This document shows positions 8,651 to 15,985 of a DNA stretch of 64,000 nt, one piece after another. Made by a program: the position numbers and the translations under genes. Location: NCBI GenBank assembly GCA_017991515.1, contig JAGOQI010000003.1, positions 5,921 to 69,920 of the forward strand. Reading direction: 5' to 3'. The number at the start of each line of letters is the position of its first letter. Positions within the stretch are counted from its first letter, which is position 1. A model generated the notes under the pieces. The model ran no database searches and had not been told where the DNA came from. It was given only the letters and a program-made list of their open reading frames with translations. The stretch is from Minisyncoccota bacterium. GTDB taxonomy: Bacteria; Patescibacteriota; Minisyncoccia; Phycocordibacterales; UBA9973.

Positions 8651-11521
8651 TTAAGCCTTAATTACAATGTTAATAATTCTATTAGGAACAATCACTACTT
8701 TTAGTATTTCCTTGCCCTCTGTGTGCTCTTTTATTTTTGGTAACTCTAGCGCCATCTTCTCTACTGCTTCTTCGCTCTCATCTTTTGAAATAGTTATTTC
8801 TCCACGAAGTTTACCATTTATTTGAACCCCTATAGTCACTTCTTCATCAACAACAAGCGCCTCGTCATACTTGGGCCAAGCAGAAAGATGGATACTTTCT
8901 TTCTCTCCGAGCTCATACCACAACTCTTCGGTAATATGTGGAGCAAATGGAGATAAGAGTTGAAGGAAAGTTTTATACTCTTCTTTAGAAATATTTTCTT
9001 GTTTATCCCATTCATTAAGAAGTGTCATCATCTGAGCAATAGAGGTATTGTATTTATGGTCTTCTATATCCTCAGTCATTTTTTTAATAACCTTGTGAAG
9101 AGTTTTTGATGTTTCAGTTTTTTCAGAAATTTTTTCTTTGACTTTCCAAACTCTTTCTAAAAATCTTCGCACACCTACAACACCATTTGGATCCCATGGA
9201 TAGTTCGTAGTCACTCCATACGGACCCATAAAGGCTAGGTACATTCGAACAGTATCCGTTCCTAATCTTTCCACTATTTCGTCCGGATCAATTACATTAC
9301 CTTTGGACTTACTCATTTTGTTGCCATCTGGCCCAAGTATCAATCCCCTATTTCGCCTTATTTTATAAGCCTCATTTTCCTTTACAAAACCTAAATCGTT
9401 CAGGGCTTTCACCCAAAAACGAGAGTATAGTAAGTGCATAGTAGTATGTTCTGCTCCACCCATATACAAATCTATCGGCATCCAAGAAGCCATTTTTTCT
9501 GCACTAGCAAAAGTATCTTTGTTTTTTTTATCTAGATATCGATAAAAATACCAAGAAGAGTCTACGAAAGTATCCATAGTTTCAACTTCCGGTTTCCATC
9601 CTTTGCCAAATATTTTTTCTGTTCTTTCAAAAAGTTCCTTACTACGAGCAAGTGGTGATGTGCCATCTGGTGTGTGGTCAACATCAGCAGGTAGAGTCCA
9701 AGGCAAATGTTCGTCTGGCACAGGATGTGCTTTGCCTTCAGGATCGTAAACTATAGGAATAGGTGTGCCCCAATATCTCTGACGCGAAATTCCCCAATCT
9801 CGAAGTTTATAAGTCTTAGTCATTTTCCCCCCAACAAATTCTACAATTTTTTCTTTCGCTTCCTCAGAATTTAATCCATCAAATTTATCTGAGTTTATCA
9901 AAAGTCCATTTTCAGTAAATATTTCCTTTTTATAAATGTACCTTTCAACGAGCTCTGCTTCTCCTACGGGCGCTGGATTATTTCTCATTAACTCAATTGC
10001 TTTTTTAGGATCAATCCATTCATAACTGAAACCAGCATCAGCCTCATCTTTAGTTAAAGATAGTTCACTTTTTGTTGACTCATCAATTTCAACAACAAAG
10101 CCATACGCTCTTCTTTCGTACATTCTATTATTATCTATAAGTTTTTTATATTGAACATGAAGACTACCTAAAGATTTAATCACATTAGATTTATAACCGG
10201 TTTCTTCTAAAACTTCTCTAAAAACCCCTTCTTCTGGTGTTTCATCTTTTTCAATAGAACCTCCTGGTAATCTCCATTGATTATGTTTATTTTCAAGCTG
10301 TAATAATATTTTATTATCCTCTTTTCTTGTTATAACAGCTAAAGCGCCTATATTACTTTTTACAATTTTATGATTTCCTTCTGGAATAATAGATTGTAAG
10401 ACTACTTCTTTAATTGGTAAATCAAACTTTTTAGCAAAATCAAAATCTCTTTCGTCATGTGCGGGTACAGCCATAATAGCTCCAGTACCAATATCACTTA
10501 ATACATAGTTTGTTATCCAAATAGGTATCTCTTTCTTTGTAGCAGGATTGATAGCATTAAAACCAGCGAAGATACCTGTCTTTTCTTTTTCTTTAAAATC
10601 CCTGACTGCTTGCTCTTTCAGGGTCACTTCCACATAGTCTTTTATTTCATTTGACGCAGACCAACCCATATCTATCCATTTCTTTGCAAGTCCAGCAGAA
10701 ACACCAATAAATGTCGCTCCAAAAATAGTATCTGGTCGAGTAGTAAAAACTTTTATAGGATGTTCTGGTTGTCCTTCTATAGGAAAGTCTATTTCTGCTC
10801 CCTCACTTCTACCTATCCAGTTCTTTTGTGCTTCTTTGATAGAGTTTGGCCAATCAAGAGGTTCCAAATCATCAATGAGTCTATCTGCATACTTTGTAAT
10901 ACGAAGCATCCATTGGTCTTGATCTTTTTGTACTACTTCTGTACCACAACGCTCACATTTACCATCTACTACTTGTTCGTTGGCAAGTATTGTTTGATCT
11001 TTTGGGCACCAATTTACTTTGGTATTTGCTCTATAAACCAAATCTTTTTCTAAAAATTTATTGAACATCCACTGAGTCCATTTATAATATTCTGGATCAC
11101 AAGAAACTATTTCTTTATCCCAGTCAAACATAGCTCCCATGCTTCGAAGCTGAACACGCATTTTGTCCATCTGTTCGTAAGTCCAAGTTTTTGGATCTGC
11201 ACCAAGCTTGATAGCTGCATTTTCAGCAGGAAGACCGAAGGCGTCAAAACCTATAGGATATAAAACATTTAGACCTTGCATTCTCTTATAGCGAGCAAAA
11301 ATATCTGGCACTGCATATGCATACCAGTGGCCCACATGGAGGTTGCCGGAAGGATAGGTAAACTCTACCAGCTCAAAATAGTTCTCTTTACCCCTTACTT
11401 CGTCTTGAGTTTTATAAATACCATCGTTCTCCCATTTCTGTTGCCATTTAGACTCTATGGTCTTGTGGTAGTATTTTTTATTTTCTGTAGGGACTTGCCC
11501 TGAGCCTGCCGAAGGGGTCAT
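8651..11521 (-). CDS. leuS: leucyl-tRNA synthetase with an inserted NUDIX hydrolase domain
   Basis: 956 aa; class I HIGH (HVGHWYAY) and KMSKS; CP1 editing domain (TTRPDT...GTGAIMAVPAHDERD); anticodon-binding and C-terminal domains; NUDIX box at aa ~419-441. Confidence 0.95.
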   Translation of the reverse strand: MTPSAGSGQVPTENKKYYHKTIESKWQQKWENDGIYKTQDEVRGKENYFELVEFTYPSGNLHVGHWYAYAVPDIFARYKRMQGLNVLYPIGFDAFGLPAENAAIKLGADPKTWTYEQMDKMRVQLRSMGAMFDWDKEIVSCDPEYYKWTQWMFNKFLEKDLVYRANTKVNWCPKDQTILANEQVVDGKCERCGTEVVQKDQDQWMLRITKYADRLIDDLEPLDWPNSIKEAQKNWIGRSEGAEIDFPIEGQPEHPIKVFTTRPDTIFGATFIGVSAGLAKKWIDMGWSASNEIKDYVEVTLKEQAVRDFKEKEKTGIFAGFNAINPATKKEIPIWITNYVLSDIGTGAIMAVPAHDERDFDFAKKFDLPIKEVVLQSIIPEGNHKIVKSNIGALAVITRKEDNKILLQLENKHNQWRLPGGSIEKDETPEEGVFREVLEETGYKSNVIKSLGSLHVQYKKLIDNNRMYERRAYGFVVEIDESTKSELSLTKDEADAGFSYEWIDPKKAIELMRNNPAPVGEAELVERYIYKKEIFTENGLLINSDKFDGLNSEEAKEKIVEFVGGKMTKTYKLRDWGISRQRYWGTPIPIVYDPEGKAHPVPDEHLPWTLPADVDHTPDGTSPLARSKELFERTEKIFGKGWKPEVETMDTFVDSSWYFYRYLDKKNKDTFASAEKMASWMPIDLYMGGAEHTTMHLLYSRFWVKALNDLGFVKENEAYKIRRNRGLILGPDGNKMSKSKGNVIDPDEIVERLGTDTVRMYLAFMGPYGVTTNYPWDPNGVVGVRRFLERVWKVKEKISEKTETSKTLHKVIKKMTEDIEDHKYNTSIAQMMTLLNEWDKQENISKEEYKTFLQLLSPFAPHITEELWYELGEKESIHLSAWPKYDEALVVDEEVTIGVQINGKLRGEITISKDESEEAVEKMALELPKIKEHTEGKEILKVVIVPNRIINIVIKA
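9917..10369 (-). other. NUDIX hydrolase domain (aa ~385-535 of LeuRS) inserted between the CP1 editing domain and the second half of the catalytic core
   Basis: NUDIX box GGSIEKDETPEEGVFREVLEETG (Gx5Ex7REUxEExGU pattern); flanked by LeuRS sequence DFDFAKKFDLPIKEVV upstream and ENGLLINSDKFDGLNSEEA...YKLRDWGISRQRYWG downstream. Confidence 0.8.
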
Positions 11522-11540
11522 ATAAGGCTTATTTTAGCAT

Positions 11541-11588
11541 AAAAAAAGCAGCCCCCGCTACGGCTGGCGGGGGTCAAAAGGTTTTTTG
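11541..11588. terminator. bidirectional intrinsic terminator hairpin (gcccccgc-loop-gcggggg) flanked by an A-run and a T-run, between the two minus-strand genes
   Basis: 8-bp GC-rich stem with aaaaaaa upstream and gtttttt downstream. Confidence 0.65.
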
Positions 11589-11690
11589 TCTTGCTTACCG
11601 TTTTGCTGATAAACGGTGCATAAATTTTTTCATTTATTAAGTTTTAGTACTTGTTATATAATATCATGTTTATACTATTTTGTCAAGTGC

Positions 11691-12698
11691 CTATTGTTTT
11701 AGAGGTTTTGGGTATGGAGGGTAAAGATCAGGGTCTATTTCCCTTTCAAAACATGTTCGTCCACCTTGGTGGTCCCAAGATTCATTCATTCCGCCTCCAA
11801 AAGAAGGTTCTGTCATGGCCATATCTTTCGTTGGCATAATTCCTCCTCCGTATCTTCCATTTTCTACAAACCCTTGTGGAGCAGGAAGAGAAAATGTAGC
11901 ACAAAGTTCAAATTTCATATCTGAAATTTTATTGTACTCATAAGTCAAACCTTTTTGAAATTCTGGATCCTGAGGAAGCATAAAGCTTGATATGGGATTT
12001 TTAAATTCATCTAAAGATTCAGGAAGGCGCTCTTTTTGTTGCCAGAAATTTATAACCTGCCATTGTATAGATTGTAAATCATCAGTGCGTCTTTGGTCTA
12101 AACGAAGATTTCTTTGTGAACCAGGTCCACCCATAACAGTAAATCCATAAACAATACCGAACAGTACTAATACTGAGGAGACCCAAACAAACATTTTACT
12201 TTTATTTTTGGGCATCATCGGGACTTTTACTCCTAACTCTGAAAGATAATAAAGTCCTACTATTTTTGCAGTAATCAAAACAGCCAAAACTTTGAGTATA
12301 AATCGTATAGTTATTTCTCCTGAAACAAAGTATCTAACGAGTGTTACAAGATCTATAATCACCATTAAACTAGCCAAGAAAACGACAAGATAAATAACCC
12401 ATTTTTTCATTACTTCGTCCCAATGAGAAAGATGTCCCTTAACAGCCTTTGACCAGTAACGAGCAATGACAAGGAATACTGGGAACATAATAATAAGTAA
12501 CGCAATAGATGAACGCATCTGATCAAAACTATAAGAAGCGTAACCGTATTGATATGTAGAAGTTAAAACATCTGGAAAAACATGATCCAATGTTGCAAAT
12601 AACAAAGACAAGAAAGCCGATGCCGATGCAATAAGTGAGATAACTAGACCTAATGACAAAAAGAAAAATTTTGGTGAAAGTTTGCGTGATTGTTCCAT
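11691..12698 (-). CDS. hypothetical membrane protein (N-terminal ~5 TM segments, C-terminal soluble domain)
   Basis: 335-aa ORF; hydrophobic N-terminal half; no recognisable motifs. Confidence 0.5.
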   Translation of the reverse strand: MEQSRKLSPKFFFLSLGLVISLIASASAFLSLLFATLDHVFPDVLTSTYQYGYASYSFDQMRSSIALLIIMFPVFLVIARYWSKAVKGHLSHWDEVMKKWVIYLVVFLASLMVIIDLVTLVRYFVSGEITIRFILKVLAVLITAKIVGLYYLSELGVKVPMMPKNKSKMFVWVSSVLVLFGIVYGFTVMGGPGSQRNLRLDQRRTDDLQSIQWQVINFWQQKERLPESLDEFKNPISSFMLPQDPEFQKGLTYEYNKISDMKFELCATFSLPAPQGFVENGRYGGGIMPTKDMAMTEPSFGGGMNESWDHQGGRTCFEREIDPDLYPPYPKPLKQ

Positions 12699-12714
12699 AT
12701 GTTTATATTATACC

Positions 12715-12978
12715 CTATTTTAAAATAGCGCCTTCTTTGACTAATAAAGCTCGCTTGGCTTTCTCCCCACCTCTGTTATATTCCCCTATTTTTCCATCAC
12801 TTCTTATCACTCTGTGACATGGAACCTTGGGGTCATAATTTGCTGACATAATGCTCCCTACAGCCCGTGCTGCACCTGCTGAGCCTGCTTTCTTCGCAAC
12901 TGTGGCATATGTCATAGTCGAGCCTTTTGGTATCTTCCTCACGACATTTCGAACTCTCTCTACAAAGTCTTTTTTCAT
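12715..12978 (-). CDS. ogt: methylated-DNA-[protein]-cysteine S-methyltransferase (MGMT/Ogt), minimal single-domain form
   Basis: active-site PCHRV motif and HTH region (TYATVAKKAGSAGAARAVGSIMSANYDPKVPCHRVIRSDG); start placed at MKKDF (87 aa) rather than the longer ORF-track start. Confidence 0.75.
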   Translation of the reverse strand: MKKDFVERVRNVVRKIPKGSTMTYATVAKKAGSAGAARAVGSIMSANYDPKVPCHRVIRSDGKIGEYNRGGEKAKRALLVKEGAILK

Positions 12979-13161
12979 GATTTTATTATAACAAAAAAGT
13001 AAAAGGTTTTTGTGGTCACAAATCACTAAGTATTTTATTTCGCTTTGCTTATAAAATACAAAGTGTTCGCGACCCCGTCTCGTCTGTTTCGTTTTACTCA
13101 ACATGACTGTGACTTCCATAAGCAACAAAAAATCCCCAGAAGTGGGGATATTTTTGGCTTG

Positions 13162-13234
13162 TGGACCCTACAGGACTCGAACCTGCCACCCCCTCATTGC
13201 AAATGAGGTGCTCTACCAGATGAGCTAAGGGCCC
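13162..13234 (-). tRNA. tRNA-Ala (anticodon TGC)
   Basis: GGGCCCTTAGCTCATCTGGTAGAGCACCTCATTTGCAATGAGGGGGTGGCAGGTTCGAGTCCTGTAGGGTCCA; G3.U70 identity pair present. Confidence 0.9.
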
Positions 13235-13290
13235 GTATAAAACGAGTATTTGTATTTTAGACTAAAACTGTATTTTTGCAATAGTTCCTG

Positions 13291-13324
13291 TAAAATAAAA
13301 ACCCTCCAAAAAAGAAGGGTTTGT
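13291..13324 (-). terminator. intrinsic terminator downstream of the 13344-13883 gene
   Basis: aaaaccct-loop-agggtttt hairpin with A/T runs on both sides. Confidence 0.5.
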
Positions 13325-13343
13325 GGTATTACTGAAACATAAT

Positions 13344-13883
13344 TTAAAAACAAGATTGCCCTGTAGTAACACTATAGCCATTGGCTGAAGAGCATCCATC
13401 TGGAAACCTTGAGCGAATTATTGTAAAAGGTTTATTTGAAACGCTTTCAATAATTCCATGTTCGACATTCCAAACTCCGGAAGTAGTTATTTTACCGACA
13501 TTTAACTGTAAGGTAAATGTTTTTGTTCCGATAGTGTCGTTATACAGCATTCTACCTTCTTGACTATAGCGCCAAGGAATTTGATAAACTTCTTCGCCAT
13601 CATTTTTGGTAACACTACCGATAGATGACATTACTGGATTTGCTGGCTCAAGTCTTACTCCAACAGTTGAATGACCTGGTGAAGTATTAACTAAAGTTAC
13701 AGAAACAAAATCATCTGCTGAAATATTTTTTGAATTCCATTTAACAGAGATAGTTTGTCCAGCTTCAAATGTTTCTTCTCCATTAGGAGAGGTAATTTTG
13801 ATACTCGGAGTAGAATCTACATCCTTTTTACAAGATAAATTTACTATTGTGGCAGTGCAAAACAAGAAAAAAATCTTTTTCAT
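13344..13883 (-). CDS. hypothetical secreted protein (N-terminal signal peptide)
   Basis: 179 aa; MKKIFFLFCTATIVNLSC signal-like N-terminus; beta-rich, Ser/Thr-rich mature part. Confidence 0.55.
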   Translation of the reverse strand: MKKIFFLFCTATIVNLSCKKDVDSTPSIKITSPNGEETFEAGQTISVKWNSKNISADDFVSVTLVNTSPGHSTVGVRLEPANPVMSSIGSVTKNDGEEVYQIPWRYSQEGRMLYNDTIGTKTFTLQLNVGKITTSGVWNVEHGIIESVSNKPFTIIRSRFPDGCSSANGYSVTTGQSCF

Positions 13884-13954
13884 TTAATTAATTTTAATTT
13901 TGAATATTTTTGAAGAACTTTATGAATACTAACATAAATTACAGAATTTGTCAA

Positions 13955-13990
13955 ACTAAAACCGCCCTATATGAGAAGGCGGTTTTATTG
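13955..13990 (-). terminator. intrinsic terminator downstream of the 14011-14502 gene
   Basis: aaaccgcc-loop-ggcggttt hairpin flanked by A/T runs. Confidence 0.55.
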
Positions 13991-14010
13991 TTAGAAAGAG
14001 ATATTTAATT

Positions 14011-14502
14011 TTATTTCGCCATACCGTGTCCACCTGGACCGACAAGCATCATGAGATCTTTGTGATTTTCCCCAAAAGCCTGTGCGGCAGTTTGGGCTTG
14101 TTTTTGAAGACCATGAACATTTACAAGTTCTGCAAATGTTGCTTGATCTACTTTCCCTTCAGCTGGTGTCCCCGAGATGGCTGTAGTGAAAGTAGCGTAG
14201 TCACCTGCTTCAATAGCAGTTCTTATAGCTTTCATAGATGCTATTTCCGCGTCTGTAGCTTTTGGTCTTCGCTTGAAGCCTTTGTCTAGTCCATTAGCTT
14301 CTGCAAGAGCTGTAGCTTCTATGTCCTTACCTTGGTCTTTAAGAGTTTTAATTTGTTCAAGAATTTGTTTTTGTGCGTCTGTCAATTGTGCTCGCATTGA
14401 AGTCTTTTCTGTTGATGTAGCTGCTGATGCAGTATAAGCTCCTCCGCCGACAATTGCCGCAATGGCTAATGCCCCAATTATTTTTTTCATATTTATATTC
14501 AA
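14011..14502 (-). CDS. hypothetical secreted helical protein, possibly a Spy/CpxP-like periplasmic stress protein
   Basis: 163 aa; signal peptide (KKIIGALAIAAIVGGGAYTASA); LTDAQKQILEQIKTL-type motif reminiscent of the CpxP/Spy LTxxQ motif; the last gene after an ECF sigma and its membrane partner. Confidence 0.4.
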   Translation of the reverse strand: MNINMKKIIGALAIAAIVGGGAYTASAATSTEKTSMRAQLTDAQKQILEQIKTLKDQGKDIEATALAEANGLDKGFKRRPKATDAEIASMKAIRTAIEAGDYATFTTAISGTPAEGKVDQATFAELVNVHGLQKQAQTAAQAFGENHKDLMMLVGPGGHGMAK

Positions 14503-14505
14503 TTA

Positions 14506-15354
14506 TTAATTTGTAATCAGTATTTCTTTATACCGCTGGTAAGGTCGTACGCCCTCACATGTATTAATACGGTCCTTATTTATTTTTCTTTCAACAATAT
14601 TTTTAGGGGGTAAAGGTTTTGGCATAGGTTGACGAATTTCTTTTTCTGTATCCCAAGGCAAAACAGCACAGGCTATAAAAACATTACTATCTTGCGCAAC
14701 AGGACTTCCAATAATTCGAATTTTTTTACCTTCTTCCAAAATCTCTAAATTTTCTTCTGAGAGCTCCACAGTAGAAACATTTTTTTCTTCTCCTGAAAAA
14801 AGTTTAACTTTAAAAACTGATTCTTTTTCATCAAAAGATACAACTTCTCCAGCCAAAAGTCCTACCTCTGGATTATTCCAACTACCCTCTTTAACAGACA
14901 TAATAGGTCGAGAGAAAGGTAATGGCCGCCTTATATTATCAATATTTCTAGCAATACCAGCTGCATAAATAAGAGTTCCACCAATAAAACTAATGACGAC
15001 ACTAAGAAGGACAACTAAATAAAAAGAAAATCTATAACCTCTTTTAGTATGTCTAATATTAAAATACCCAAAAGCAATCATTGCCACTAAAGATACAATC
15101 CAGAAAAACGGTATTACATCTAAAATAAATTTAAATAATGAATTATGGGTTACCGCACGATAAGTCCAACCAGAGTTTAGAAAAACAAATATAGTAGCTG
15201 CAGTTGCACAAGCTCCTAATATTATAGACAGTCCCCACAGTGTCCAAAAACCACTATTGCGCAAAGTAAAATGCCACCTTGCAATAGGTACAAGTTTGTC
15301 TTGATCAATTTTTTGAATTACTTTTTCTGCTGTTGTGTTTTGTTCTTTTTCCAT
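14506..15354 (-). CDS. hypothetical polytopic membrane protein immediately downstream of the ECF sigma (candidate anti-sigma or regulatory partner)
   Basis: 282 aa; 4 predicted TM segments; 1-nt gap from the sigma gene, same strand. Confidence 0.5.
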   Translation of the reverse strand: MEKEQNTTAEKVIQKIDQDKLVPIARWHFTLRNSGFWTLWGLSIILGACATAATIFVFLNSGWTYRAVTHNSLFKFILDVIPFFWIVSLVAMIAFGYFNIRHTKRGYRFSFYLVVLLSVVISFIGGTLIYAAGIARNIDNIRRPLPFSRPIMSVKEGSWNNPEVGLLAGEVVSFDEKESVFKVKLFSGEEKNVSTVELSEENLEILEEGKKIRIIGSPVAQDSNVFIACAVLPWDTEKEIRQPMPKPLPPKNIVERKINKDRINTCEGVRPYQRYKEILITN

Positions 15355-15355
15355 A

Positions 15356-15928
15356 TTATTTCTCTTTAGTTAAAACTTTCTTCAATTCTTTTTTTCCTCT
15401 ATGTATAAGCGTGGCAACTGTTCCGTTTGGTATTTGCAAGATATCTGATATTTGCTGATAATCCTTGTCTTCACCGTACCGCAGAAGTAAAACATCTTTA
15501 TATTTTTTATCCAAACTATCTAAGGCTTTAGCTAGTAGTTGTTTATCTACATCTTTATCAAAAATCTGCTCTGGTCCTTCATGTTCTGACTCTATGTTTA
15601 AAAAAGTTTGCTGTGAATCGTCATCCAAAGTAATCTCTGGTCGCCTTTTTTTTGACCGAAAAAAATCATAAGTTTCATTATGAACTATACGATATATCCA
15701 AGAAGAAAAAGAGAATGAGTTGTCAAAACTTTGTAAATATCGGTAAACCTTAATAAAACTGTTTTGCAAGAGATCTTCCATGTCCCTAGGATCACGAACT
15801 CCAAGCCTATTTATATAACGCCGTAGTGGTGCTTCATAACGAGTGATAATCACGGAAAAAGCGTCCTTGTTTAAAAGAACAGTAGCTACCAACTCTTTGT
15901 CAGAAAGGTCTTCATAAGGTGAATCCAT
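15356..15928 (-). CDS. RNA polymerase sigma factor, sigma-70 ECF subfamily
   Basis: 190 aa; region 2 (..FIKVYRYLQSFDNSFSFSSWIYRIVHNETYDFFR..) and region 4 HTH (..LLLRYGEDKDYQQISDILQIPNGTVATLIHRGKKELKK..). Confidence 0.85.
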   Translation of the reverse strand: MDSPYEDLSDKELVATVLLNKDAFSVIITRYEAPLRRYINRLGVRDPRDMEDLLQNSFIKVYRYLQSFDNSFSFSSWIYRIVHNETYDFFRSKKRRPEITLDDDSQQTFLNIESEHEGPEQIFDKDVDKQLLAKALDSLDKKYKDVLLLRYGEDKDYQQISDILQIPNGTVATLIHRGKKELKKVLTKEK

Positions 15929-15985
15929 AATATCTTCTCATTATTATATACGCTAAATCAGTAAAAACCTTTCAAATAAATGATT

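Noticed and set aside
10760-11503. 97- and 75-aa plus-strand ORFs
   Set aside because: Antisense to leuS
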